Of a stretch of 62,447 nt of DNA, positions 8,892 through 17,395 are shown one piece after another. The position numbers and the translations under genes are program-made. Positions within the stretch are counted from its first letter, which is position 1. Every line of letters starts with the position of its first letter. The notes below the pieces were generated by a model. The model was not told the DNA's origin. It made no database searches and saw only the letters and a program-made list of their open reading frames with translations. The DNA is from Candidatus Kapaibacterium sp. (lineage in GTDB: Bacteria; Bacteroidota; Ignavibacteria; Kapaibacteriales; UBA2268), in the NCBI GenBank assembly GCA_937995785.1, contig CALKJQ010000054.1:1-62447 (forward strand), read 5' to 3'.

Positions 8892-9551
8892 ATGAAATCA
8901 AAATTATCAAATAATTTAGAGGGCGTTATTTCTCAAATGTTAAAACCCCTTAAAGGGATATCGCTTGATGTCGTCATAGAAGGTTTATCTGGATACAAAA
9001 TTATACCTTTCGATAGTAATGATGAGAAGGATACAAAGTTATTGTCTGCATTAAAAACAGTTGCTATAAATGCAGGTAAAAATATCAATTTAAATGGAAT
9101 TTGCCGCAATCGCCCTAATGAAGTTGGGAATGATATAGAACAATTCGTAAAAGATGCTTTAAACCAACACAATATGCCTGCGACTACTCCACTGACCATA
9201 AGAGGTCAACATAAATCAACGGGATATCCCGACATTGAATTTGTCGATATGTTTGGTCGAATCAATTATCTTGAGTGCAAAACATTTAACATAGATAATA
9301 TTGGAACTTCGCAGCGCTCTTTTTATTTATCTCCTTCCGAAAATTTTAAAATTACAAATGATGCCCATCACTTTGTATTATCTTTCGAGATTTATGTATC
9401 CGACAAAGACGGGTTCAAAAATGTTTATAGATGCAAATCGTGGAAATTAATTAGCCTCGAAAAGTTGGTATGCGATGTGAAATACGAATTTAATTCAGAT
9501 AATAAGCGTTTGTATGCACCCGAATTGATACTTGCAGAAGGAAAAATTTAA
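8892..9551 (+). CDS. putative type II restriction endonuclease (PD-(D/E)XK fold), cognate of the upstream MTase
   Basis: The core GYPD114-x13-E128-C-K130 (nt 9228-9281) has the classic PD...ExK spacing. The gene starts 7 bp after the MTase stop on the same strand. I recognise no other family. Confidence 0.6.
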   Translation: MKSKLSNNLEGVISQMLKPLKGISLDVVIEGLSGYKIIPFDSNDEKDTKLLSALKTVAINAGKNINLNGICRNRPNEVGNDIEQFVKDALNQHNMPATTPLTIRGQHKSTGYPDIEFVDMFGRINYLECKTFNIDNIGTSQRSFYLSPSENFKITNDAHHFVLSFEIYVSDKDGFKNVYRCKSWKLISLEKLVCDVKYEFNSDNKRLYAPELILAEGKI

Positions 9552-9804
9552 TTAATCTACCTTACAAATCCACGATTAAATAATATCCATCAATTTAAAC
9601 TTGTATCAGTAAATGCTTTTTTGTGCACTTCTTTTATACTCAATTCTAATTGCTTAGTATTTTTTCTAATTTTTTATTCAAACTTATTAATACTATATAT
9701 TAATAGTTATTAGATAGTCATCTAAATTAAAATATTTTAATATAATCTTATTATAATTTACTATTAATTAATTATTTATTCAATTTATATTAATATTCAT
9801 AGGC

Positions 9805-9812
9805 TAATTTTG
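9805..9812 (+). promoter_or_regulatory. Bacteroidota-type -7 promoter box (TAATTTTG) upstream of the PHP-domain gene
   Basis: TAATTTTG lies 42 nt upstream of start 9854. An AAGAGG Shine-Dalgarno-like sequence sits at 9843-9848. Confidence 0.4.
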
Positions 9813-9853
9813 CTTTACCATTATTTATTTAATTAACAAAATAAGAGGTTAAA

Positions 9854-11776
9854 TTGTATTCATTTACTTTGTTCAAAAAAGGTTTAACTGTCGTAGTTGT
9901 CTTTTTTACTTTTTTCTTTTTCTCGAACTTAGTGTTTTCCCAAACGAGTGGAAGGTGGGTTGTTGGCGATTTTCATCAACATACCACTTTTTCTGATGGT
10001 TCGTATAGCATAATGTATATGATGCAAAAAAATGCTCAATACGGATTGGATTGGTGGGCAAATAGCGAGCATGGTGGCGGATTTAGCCGAAATGGTTTTC
10101 TTTCGGGCTATGATTTATTCAACAATTTAGATGCAAACGGCAAAATTGTTTCGACGGTAACGTATTGGGACACATATTCAAGCGGTGCAGTTATCGGCAA
10201 TGGAGCAGATGCCAAGAACCCTAAAATGTGGCGATGGCAAAGCATTCGCGATTTTTCATACAAAGCAATACAACTTGCTCGATTGATGTATCCCACGAAA
10301 CTAATCCTTCAAAGCTACGAATGGAATGTTCCTGGACACGAACATTGCAGTATGGGTCTTTTAGATGGACAATTCGAAAAAAATGATAATTGTAACGCTT
10401 TGGCAGAATTTGAATACAGATTTGATGCCGGCGATCGAGATACAATTGGTGGTGAGTCGCAAGGTTGGACAGGGAAAAATTTCAAGAATGACCACGCAAA
10501 AGCAGTTCAAGCAATTGTTTGGCTCAAAGAAAAGTATCCAAATACAAGTTATACAATTATCGCACACCCCGAAAGAAAACAACCTGGCAAAGGTGGCTAC
10601 ACTATTGCAGATTTACGGGATTTCCACACAGCAGGTCCAAACATTGCCTTTGGTTTCGAAAGCGTTCCAGGGCACCAAAAGGATATTACTCGAGGAGGTT
10701 ATTCAAACACAAGTGTCGGTGGCGGCACCTATGGTGGTTCGGGGATTTACTCAGCTAAAGTAGGTGGCCTTTGGGATGCAATGCTAACCGAAGGGAGACA
10801 CTATTGGTTATTTTCAAGTTCTGATAGCCACGACACAACAGTTGCAACGGGTGGCGATTTCTTCCCCGGAGAATATCAAAAAACTTATACTTATGTTTCT
10901 AACCCAAAGAATGCACAATCAATTTTAGATGGCTTACGTTCGGGTAATTCATGGGTTGTAACTGGTGATTTAATCGATTCTTTATACTTTTCTATTGAAA
11001 ATACGCCGATGGGTGGCACAGCTAATGTTAATGGTAAAACAGTTACTGTAAAAATTGCATTCCGCGACCCCGACAAAAACAATCACAATGTTTGGAGCGA
11101 TTACAAAAATCCGTCTGTTGACCACTTGGATTTGATTGCAGGTAAAATAGATAAAATTATACCATCAACTGATCCAAGATATAATGTAGATACTGTTGCA
11201 ACAACAAAGGTTATTGCTCGGTTCGATGCGGTTGGTGGAATTAAAGATGCAAATGGATTAGTAAGTCAAAAATGGACAGACAAAGGTAATGGAATAAAAG
11301 AAATGACAATGACGGTAGAGTTAACCTCTAATATGTACTTTAGATTGCGTGGAACAAATTTGAAACTCAATACACCAAACGAAACCGATGGTGCTGGCAA
11401 TCCGTTGTCCGATACTTTAGTTGGTGGATATGCAACCAACACATCCGCCAAAACATTTGCCGACTTATGGTTCTATTCCAACCCGATTTTTGTTAAATCT
11501 GCTGCATTTACCTCAATCTATGAAGGTTCGAAAAAAGAAAATAATGAAAAATATATTTTATACCCAAATCCATCGAACCAGGAAATTACTATTCAAAACG
11601 ATGTTAATACTTTTGCAAAATATATCATTTACGATATAAACGGTAACAATGTAGCTGAAGGCATTGTTGATAGCAAAAACAAAACTATAAGAATTAGCGA
11701 CCTTGCCAATGGCGCTTACTTAATTGGATTTGTGGACGAAGAGGGATTACATTCGCAATACTTCATTAAGCAATAA
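9854..11776 (+). CDS. secreted PHP-domain metallo-phosphoesterase (CehA/McbA-like) with T9SS C-terminal sorting domain
   Basis: TTG start and signal peptide (VVVVFFTFFFFSNLVFSQ). The N-terminal PHP motif is GDFHQHTTFSDGS, with further His/Asp ligand-type motifs (SEHGGG, IIAHPER, SSSDSHD). The C-terminus YILYPNPSNQEITIQ...GAYLIGF is a Por secretion tail. Confidence 0.75.
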   Translation: MYSFTLFKKGLTVVVVFFTFFFFSNLVFSQTSGRWVVGDFHQHTTFSDGSYSIMYMMQKNAQYGLDWWANSEHGGGFSRNGFLSGYDLFNNLDANGKIVSTVTYWDTYSSGAVIGNGADAKNPKMWRWQSIRDFSYKAIQLARLMYPTKLILQSYEWNVPGHEHCSMGLLDGQFEKNDNCNALAEFEYRFDAGDRDTIGGESQGWTGKNFKNDHAKAVQAIVWLKEKYPNTSYTIIAHPERKQPGKGGYTIADLRDFHTAGPNIAFGFESVPGHQKDITRGGYSNTSVGGGTYGGSGIYSAKVGGLWDAMLTEGRHYWLFSSSDSHDTTVATGGDFFPGEYQKTYTYVSNPKNAQSILDGLRSGNSWVVTGDLIDSLYFSIENTPMGGTANVNGKTVTVKIAFRDPDKNNHNVWSDYKNPSVDHLDLIAGKIDKIIPSTDPRYNVDTVATTKVIARFDAVGGIKDANGLVSQKWTDKGNGIKEMTMTVELTSNMYFRLRGTNLKLNTPNETDGAGNPLSDTLVGGYATNTSAKTFADLWFYSNPIFVKSAAFTSIYEGSKKENNEKYILYPNPSNQEITIQNDVNTFAKYIIYDINGNNVAEGIVDSKNKTIRISDLANGAYLIGFVDEEGLHSQYFIKQ

Positions 11777-11815
11777 ACTATTGCATATTACCTAAATAAA
11801 GGTAGTTTTAAAAAA

Positions 11816-11845
11816 AAGGCTGTCATTATTTGGCAGCCTTGTTTT
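11816..11845 (+). terminator. rho-independent terminator after the PHP-domain gene
   Basis: AAGGCTGTCA (11816-11825) pairs with TGGCAGCCTT (11831-11840). That gives a 10-bp stem with one G-U pair and a TTATT loop, followed by GTTTT and preceded by an A tract. Confidence 0.7.
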
Positions 11846-11944
11846 ATAATTTAATTAAGCATTAAAAACTAAAAAATTTCATTAGTCAAGATATAAATAA
11901 AAAACATAGATATTTAATGGAGAATCTATATGATATTTTTCTTG

Positions 11945-12018
11945 TGGGCCCGGAGGGACTTGAACCCCCGACCGACGGATTATGAGTCCGTTGCTCTAAC
12001 CGACTGAGCTACAGGCCC
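11945..12018 (-). tRNA. tRNA with CAT anticodon (elongator Met, or Ile2 if lysidine-modified); CCA not encoded
   Basis: The reverse complement reads GGGCCTG-TA-GCTC-AGTCGGTTA-GAGC-A-ACGGA-CTCATAA-TCCGT-...-GGGGG-TTCAAGT-CCCTC-CGGGCCC-A, a full cloverleaf. The G1-C72 pair and the anticodon stem argue against an initiator tRNA. Confidence 0.9.
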
Positions 12019-12053
12019 CCTATTATCTTCATTTTTGAAAATTATAAGGACTA

Positions 12054-12084
12054 CAAAATTAAGAATTTTCCACAAATTAACAAA
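12054..12084 (-). promoter_or_regulatory. Bacteroidota-type promoter for the tRNA (-33 TTTG, 19-nt spacer, -7 TAATTTTG)
   Basis: The minus strand reads TTTG (12084-12081), 19 nt, then TAATTTTG (12061-12054). The -7 box ends 35 nt upstream of the tRNA 5' end. Confidence 0.4.
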
Positions 12085-12093
12085 AAAATTAAA

Positions 12094-13506
12094 TTACAAA
12101 TACAAATCTTTTGAACCTTGCTCTATTTTCGCTAAAAATTCGCGTGTTTTATTGCGAATATTTTCAGTCGGAATTTCGGTAATTTCTCGCTCGATTAGTT
12201 CCAAACCTATTTTTTTTGTATTTTCGTCAGCATAATCAACTAAATATTCCATTAGTGTTGTTAGCGAATTGGGCAAGCAGAATAATTTGATTAAGCCTGG
12301 TTTAGCTAAGTCCATAAAATCGGCTCCTACTCGCCCCAAACGGTAGCAAGCAGTGCAAAACGAAGGAATGTAGCCTTGCTCGATTACCGATTTTATAACT
12401 TCGCCCGAAGTTCGGCAATCATTTAATGAAAATTGTGCATCCTCGAAATCGAAATTGAACGCCTGTTTGTAGCCTCCGGGAGTGGTTTTCGAGCCAGCTG
12501 AGATTTGCGATATACCCATATCGAATAATTCGGTTCGCAACCATGCTGGCTCGCGAGTGGAGAGAATCATTCCCGTATAGGGAACAGCACATCGCAGAAT
12601 TGCTACAATTTTCTTAAATGTTAAATCATCAACTTGATGTTGTAGGTTTTGCGAGGCAGGTGCATTTTTTGCGGGTTTTACTCTTGGAACAGAGATTGTG
12701 TGGGGTCCACAACCATAGTTTTGTTCCAAATGTTCTGCGTGCATAATCATTGCTAAAACTTCGAATCTATAATCGTAAAGTCCGAACAAAACACCAATGC
12801 CCACATCGTGCATTCCATTTGCCAAAGCCCTATCCATCACTTGTATTCGCCAATCGTAATTAGATTTCTTGCCCGTTGGATGCATCATTTTATATGTATT
12901 GCGATGGTATGTTTCTTGAAAAACGGTATAAGTGCCGATTTTGATATCTTTGAGAACCTGAAATTCTTCTTCGGATAAAGGCTGAATTTCAACATTTATT
13001 CGGCGAATTTGGCTACCTTTGATGTCGCAAACTGAATAAACTTTGTCGATTTGTTTGTAAAATAAATCCAAATTGCACTCGCGGTGGTCTTCGCCCATTA
13101 GCATCAAAATTCGTTTATGCCCTTGTTCTAAGATAGCAAGAGTTTCTTCTTCGATTTCGTCGGGAGCGAGGGACTTGCGGTGCACATCTCGGTTGTCGGC
13201 ACGAAAACCACAATATAAGCAATTGTTTGCGCAATAATTTGAAGTATAAAGTGGGGCAAATAGCACCAAACGTTTGCCATAAATTGTGTCTTTAACATAA
13301 TGTGCTGTTTGGAATAATTGTTCTAAATGATTAGGAGCAGTTATATTCAACAAAGCAGCAACTTCGGATAAATTCAAACCATTTAATTCGCGTGCTTTTG
13401 TTAAAATAGAATTTATTTCGGAATCATCGGGTTGCTTGGATTTTTCTAATAAATTAAATATCTTCGATTCGTCAATAATTTTAATTTCTGGATTAATTTT
13501 TTTCAT
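12094..13506 (-). CDS. hydG: [FeFe]-hydrogenase maturase HydG (radical SAM tyrosine lyase)
   Basis: Radical-SAM CX3CX2C motif (YCANNCLYCGF). The C-terminal CX2CX22C motif (CTACYRLGRVGADFMDLAKPGLIKLFC) distinguishes HydG from ThiH. The 470-aa length is typical of HydG. Confidence 0.85.
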   Translation of the reverse strand: MKKINPEIKIIDESKIFNLLEKSKQPDDSEINSILTKARELNGLNLSEVAALLNITAPNHLEQLFQTAHYVKDTIYGKRLVLFAPLYTSNYCANNCLYCGFRADNRDVHRKSLAPDEIEEETLAILEQGHKRILMLMGEDHRECNLDLFYKQIDKVYSVCDIKGSQIRRINVEIQPLSEEEFQVLKDIKIGTYTVFQETYHRNTYKMMHPTGKKSNYDWRIQVMDRALANGMHDVGIGVLFGLYDYRFEVLAMIMHAEHLEQNYGCGPHTISVPRVKPAKNAPASQNLQHQVDDLTFKKIVAILRCAVPYTGMILSTREPAWLRTELFDMGISQISAGSKTTPGGYKQAFNFDFEDAQFSLNDCRTSGEVIKSVIEQGYIPSFCTACYRLGRVGADFMDLAKPGLIKLFCLPNSLTTLMEYLVDYADENTKKIGLELIEREITEIPTENIRNKTREFLAKIEQGSKDLYL

Positions 13507-13606
13507 TTTCTAAAAAGAATTCCGAATAAATACAAAATTAGGAACTATTATCTTAAAATTGTATCTATTCGGATAGATATTTTATAGTTTTCTACTTTTG
13601 GGTAAT

Positions 13607-15274
13607 TTACTTTTTCTTAGTTGCTATTTTAATGGCTTCGTCGAACAAACCCTTTGCAACATTCACTTGTTTATCAATAGTAAAGAATACTTGGACATAT
13701 GCATTTCTATCCCAGAGACTTCTTGCAACGGTACCTTTAATTTCGGTTTTGATAAAATCTTCATCTTTTTTATAGCTATCATCGTCCCATTTTACGCCTT
13801 TTGATTCGGCTAACGAGCGGAAATCTTCCATCATTTTATCTGTTACTTTCCAATTACGCATAAACGAAATAAAGTTGTTGCGGTAATCGGCATCTAATTT
13901 TCTGCCGTTATCGAGATATCTGTCGACGTATTCGTAGAAAACTCTATTCATCCGCAATTGAATGCTAAAGCGAGTAATAGTGTCTTGCTTAACAATGTAA
14001 TCGGGAATGATGCCACCACCACCTAAAACTGTTCTCCCCGAACGAGTGGAATAAAGAGGTATCGAATCCAAATTGATATTGGAACCTTTTTTGTTATCCT
14101 TAGCATTTTTTTCGTTTTCTTCTTTAATCTCTTTTTTAACCATTTCCAAAGCATGTTCGATGTTCGAACCTTCTTTGAGTTCCAATCTACCTACCAAATT
14201 GCGATAACTTGTTTTATCTTCGAAAGGTCGTTGGATGCATCGACCGGAGGGAGTATAATATCGTGCAATTGTAATTCGATAAGCCGAACCATCGGGCAAA
14301 GGATATTGACGTTGGACTAATCCCTTTCCGAAGGAGGTTTCGCCAACTATCAATCCGCGGTCTAAATCTTGAATCGAACCCGAAACTATTTCGCTCGCTG
14401 ATGCCGAGCCGGCGTTAATTAAAACAATCAAGGGTAAATCCTCGACCAATCCACCGGGGGTTGATTTGTAAACCTCGTCGAATTCGGGACGGCGCCCTTT
14501 GGTATAAACTATTGTATCGCCACCTTTCAGAAAGTGGTCTGCCATCAAAAATGCTTGATTCAAATAACCGCCCGGGTTCCCACGTAAATCGAGAATTAGT
14601 TTTTTCATACCTTCTTGCTTAAGTTTGCGAAGAGCTTGCACCAATTCGTCGTGGGTTGTAGCGGCAAACCTATTGACAACAATTATTCCTATGTCGGTGC
14701 TATCCAACATAAAACTTGCGTCAACTGTGTATAAGGGTATTTTGTCTCTTATTACATCAAAAGTGAGAATTTCGCTTTTTCCAGAGCGCTTTATTCCAAG
14801 TCTAACTTTTGTTCCTTTTGGTCCGCGTAATTTCTTAGGTACGAGTTCGCGACTTAAACCGACGGCGTTTTCGTCGTCAATTTTAACTATTTTGTCGCCA
14901 GCTTGAATTCCCAATTTTTCGCTTGGTCCGTCTGCAATAGGCGAAATAACTACAATTGTATCCTCGATTACGTCAAATTGGATTCCTACGCCTTCGAAGC
15001 TACCTTGAAAATCCTCATCAACGCCTTTCATTTCTTCTGCTGTAATATATACTGAATGGGGATCTAATTCATTCAGCATTCCTCTAATTGCTGATTCGGT
15101 AAGTTTTTGTGTATCAACGGGTTCGACATAGTTCTTTACTGCATTGCTAATTACTTCTTGGTATTTGCGTATTTGGTCGTATAGACCATCGTTGGATATT
15201 AAGGGCTGCATTAGAAGCCCAATACTAAGTCCTACGATAACAAACAGTATGTAGGACAATATCTTCTTTTTCAT
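13607..15274 (-). CDS. carboxy-terminal processing peptidase (S41 family, PDZ domain)
   Basis: N-terminal anchor, PDZ segment (GIQAGDKIVKIDD), LDLRGNPGGYL, and the catalytic-Ser context INAGSASASEIVSG. Confidence 0.9.
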   Translation of the reverse strand: MKKKILSYILFVIVGLSIGLLMQPLISNDGLYDQIRKYQEVISNAVKNYVEPVDTQKLTESAIRGMLNELDPHSVYITAEEMKGVDEDFQGSFEGVGIQFDVIEDTIVVISPIADGPSEKLGIQAGDKIVKIDDENAVGLSRELVPKKLRGPKGTKVRLGIKRSGKSEILTFDVIRDKIPLYTVDASFMLDSTDIGIIVVNRFAATTHDELVQALRKLKQEGMKKLILDLRGNPGGYLNQAFLMADHFLKGGDTIVYTKGRRPEFDEVYKSTPGGLVEDLPLIVLINAGSASASEIVSGSIQDLDRGLIVGETSFGKGLVQRQYPLPDGSAYRITIARYYTPSGRCIQRPFEDKTSYRNLVGRLELKEGSNIEHALEMVKKEIKEENEKNAKDNKKGSNINLDSIPLYSTRSGRTVLGGGGIIPDYIVKQDTITRFSIQLRMNRVFYEYVDRYLDNGRKLDADYRNNFISFMRNWKVTDKMMEDFRSLAESKGVKWDDDSYKKDEDFIKTEIKGTVARSLWDRNAYVQVFFTIDKQVNVAKGLFDEAIKIATKKK

Positions 15275-15334
15275 CTATAACTCTTTTATTTTAGTCTTCT
15301 GTATTTACTTAAAGACAAATTAGTTCGATAATTA

Positions 15335-17044
15335 TTACAAAATTTCTATTGGTTGAACGTTAAGTGTCGAAAGTTGTTCGATAACTTTATCCAAATTCGG
15401 GTAGTTGTCAATGTAAATAATAGTTCCACTTTCTTTGTTTTTTGCTAACCATGAATTTGTGATTTTGATTTCCTCGATAAATTCAAGGTTGTTTTCCATC
15501 TTCATTGCAAATCCATTAAAATATGTGTTAGCAATCCTATCAATTAAATCGATATTTAAGATAGCCTTTCTTCCCAATGTTTTATGGTAAATGAGTTTAT
15601 TGTTTTTGAATAAATATATATCATAAAACATATCATCAAATTGATGGGGCAACACCAGAATAAAATTTTGCCGATTTAATGAATTAAAGTATTCTTCGGA
15701 ATTATTGAAAACTTTTTCGACCGAGATAAGTGCTTGTTTGATTTCATTTGCTTTTTCGAATTCGAGGGATTGGGAATACTCTTCCATTTTTTTCTTCAGT
15801 TCCTCTTGCAAACCTCTTGCGAAGCCACTAAGGAAACTGCGAATGTTGCTAATTTCTTGATTGTATTTGTCTGCAAAATCATTTTCTTGGCGGTAAGCAC
15901 ACGGCGCCAAACATTTGCCCATTTGATGGTAAATGCAAGGTTCATACTCGGTAGTTCCTTTAAAATCTTTATCGCATTTAACGACTTTAAAATTTTTCTC
16001 AATCACTTCTTTAACTAATATGGCGACCTGCTTGTTCAAAAAAGGTCCGTAATATTCTCCTTCTTGCTCTGTGTTGAATGTTACTTCAACCTTAGGAAAT
16101 ATCTCGTTAGTTGTTATTCTCACAAATGGGAAAGAACGCAGACGAAGTCCAACAAAGTTGAATTTTGGTTCATATTTCTTAATTTCTTTGGCTTCGAGGA
16201 GTAATGCGGAAAGCTCGTTGTAGGTTTCTTGCCATTTCATATCTGCAATGTTCTTGGTTAATTCCTTAAGTTTATATGAGGTTATATTGCCGGGTTGGAA
16301 ATAACTCGAAACTCGTGATTTTAGAGAGCGTGCTTTACCAACATAAATTATTTTACCTTTTTTATCCAAAAAGTAATACACGCCAGGGGCATCGGGCAAT
16401 GAATTTAATTTATCTTGGAATTCATCCACCATACTTTTTTGAGGAACAAAGTAGCTCAACTTTTTGTTTTGGAAAGCAAGTAGTTCGTCGAGCGATGTAA
16501 TTTCGTGTTCTTCGATAGCAATGTCCAGCAAGTGCAGAAGTATTTTTGCGGTTGCTTTTGCATCGCCCAAAGCGGTGTGGCGATTGCGAATACGAATACC
16601 GAAATAATGAGCCAAATTGCCAACACTTTTTTTCTGTGCATCCGCAAGTAATCTCTTTGCCAATTTTAAAGTATCTAAGACTGGAATTTCCAAAGGCGGT
16701 AATTTTAGTCGTTTAAATGTTTCGTTAACAAATGAAAAATCAAAATTTGCATTATGTGCAACAAAAACAGAGTTTGGTTTGCCAAAAAATGATAATAACT
16801 TTGGAGCAATAGCAAATGGTTCGGGAGCATAGAACACTGCTTCGTTTGTTATGCCAGTCATTTGGGTTATAAAATAAGGAATAAATTGGTGTGGATTAAT
16901 TAAAGATGAAAATTCGCCAACAATGTGTCCATTATTGACGTTGACTGCTGCAATATCCATTATTCGGTTGTCTCGGGGATTGTTCCCCGTTGTTTCGACA
17001 TCTATAACGATAAAATTTGCATCCCAAATGCTTAGTTCTTCCAC
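15335..17044 (-). CDS. DEDD 3'-5' exonuclease (DnaQ/epsilon-like) fused to a GIY-YIG / UvrC N-terminal-half (Cho-like) nuclease
   Basis: Exo I motif FIVIDVETTG, Exo II VAHNANFDFSF, Exo III HTALGDA. These are followed by the GIY-YIG motif (GVYYFLDKKGKIIYVGKARSLKSRV), the UvrC-type Cys motif (CIYHQMGKCLAPC) and a UVR-like helix (SLEFEKANEIKQAL). Confidence 0.85.
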   Translation of the reverse strand: MEELSIWDANFIVIDVETTGNNPRDNRIMDIAAVNVNNGHIVGEFSSLINPHQFIPYFITQMTGITNEAVFYAPEPFAIAPKLLSFFGKPNSVFVAHNANFDFSFVNETFKRLKLPPLEIPVLDTLKLAKRLLADAQKKSVGNLAHYFGIRIRNRHTALGDAKATAKILLHLLDIAIEEHEITSLDELLAFQNKKLSYFVPQKSMVDEFQDKLNSLPDAPGVYYFLDKKGKIIYVGKARSLKSRVSSYFQPGNITSYKLKELTKNIADMKWQETYNELSALLLEAKEIKKYEPKFNFVGLRLRSFPFVRITTNEIFPKVEVTFNTEQEGEYYGPFLNKQVAILVKEVIEKNFKVVKCDKDFKGTTEYEPCIYHQMGKCLAPCAYRQENDFADKYNQEISNIRSFLSGFARGLQEELKKKMEEYSQSLEFEKANEIKQALISVEKVFNNSEEYFNSLNRQNFILVLPHQFDDMFYDIYLFKNNKLIYHKTLGRKAILNIDLIDRIANTYFNGFAMKMENNLEFIEEIKITNSWLAKNKESGTIIYIDNYPNLDKVIEQLSTLNVQPIEIL

Positions 17045-17060
17045 AAAAAGCTATTTAAAA

Positions 17061-17387
17061 TTAATCCACTTTCGCTGTTGCTTTGTTTTCGTTTCGCAAG
17101 ATGCTTGCGTTATGCCCATTACCATTAGTTCCATTGCCGTTTCCGTTATGTTTACTCGTATCAGTTCCCGAACTTGAGTGTTTTTTTGTATAATCGGTTA
17201 AATAAAAACCACTTCCTTTGAAAACCAGACCAACATTGGCACTAATTACTCTCTCCACACTACTTTGTCCATGCTTATGTAAATGACATATTTCTTCGGG
17301 ACAAACAGTTAATGGCTCGCTTTTAATACTTTGCATCCAATCAAATTCTTTTCCGCATTCTTTACATTTGTAGGTGTAAATTGGCAT
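17061..17387 (-). CDS. FmdB-family zinc-ribbon protein with Asn/Gly-rich tail
   Basis: MPIYTYKCKECGKEF...VCPEEIC zinc-ribbon pattern, and a tail with NGNGNGTNGNGHN. ATG 17387 is preferred over the tracked TTG 17399, which overlaps the trpS stop. Confidence 0.75.
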   Translation of the reverse strand: MPIYTYKCKECGKEFDWMQSIKSEPLTVCPEEICHLHKHGQSSVERVISANVGLVFKGSGFYLTDYTKKHSSSGTDTSKHNGNGNGTNGNGHNASILRNENKATAKVD

Positions 17388-17395
17388 TTTTTCCC

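Noticed and set aside
7487-9802. Imperfect direct repeat flanking the R-M pair (CAATTATAATATTCATAA at 7487-7504 versus CAATTTATATTAATATTCATAG at 9781-9802)
   Set aside because: The repeat is short, gapped and made almost entirely of A/T in very AT-rich spacers, so it is easily explained by chance. I would accept it as a target-site duplication only if relatives show an empty site with one copy.
9552-9853. AT-rich 300-bp spacer inspected for a CRISPR array, tandem repeats or a small ORF
   Set aside because: There is no periodic repeat-spacer structure and only trivial ORFs under 20 aa. It is best explained as an AT-rich promoter/leader region of the PHP gene adjoining the R-M insertion.
10365-10763. 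132-aa and 79-aa ORFs in alternative plus-strand frames inside the PHP-domain gene
   Set aside because: They overlap the main frame, which carries the PHP motifs and the T9SS tail. Their composition is Arg/Lys/Gln-rich nonsense-like, and nothing suggests frameshifting.
11945-12018. tRNA(CAT) as an initiator tRNA or as an integration (att) site for a mobile element
   Set aside because: G1-C72 pairs, and the anticodon stem lacks the three consecutive G-C pairs of bacterial initiators. No integrase, direct repeat of the tRNA 3' end or phage/ICE gene is nearby.
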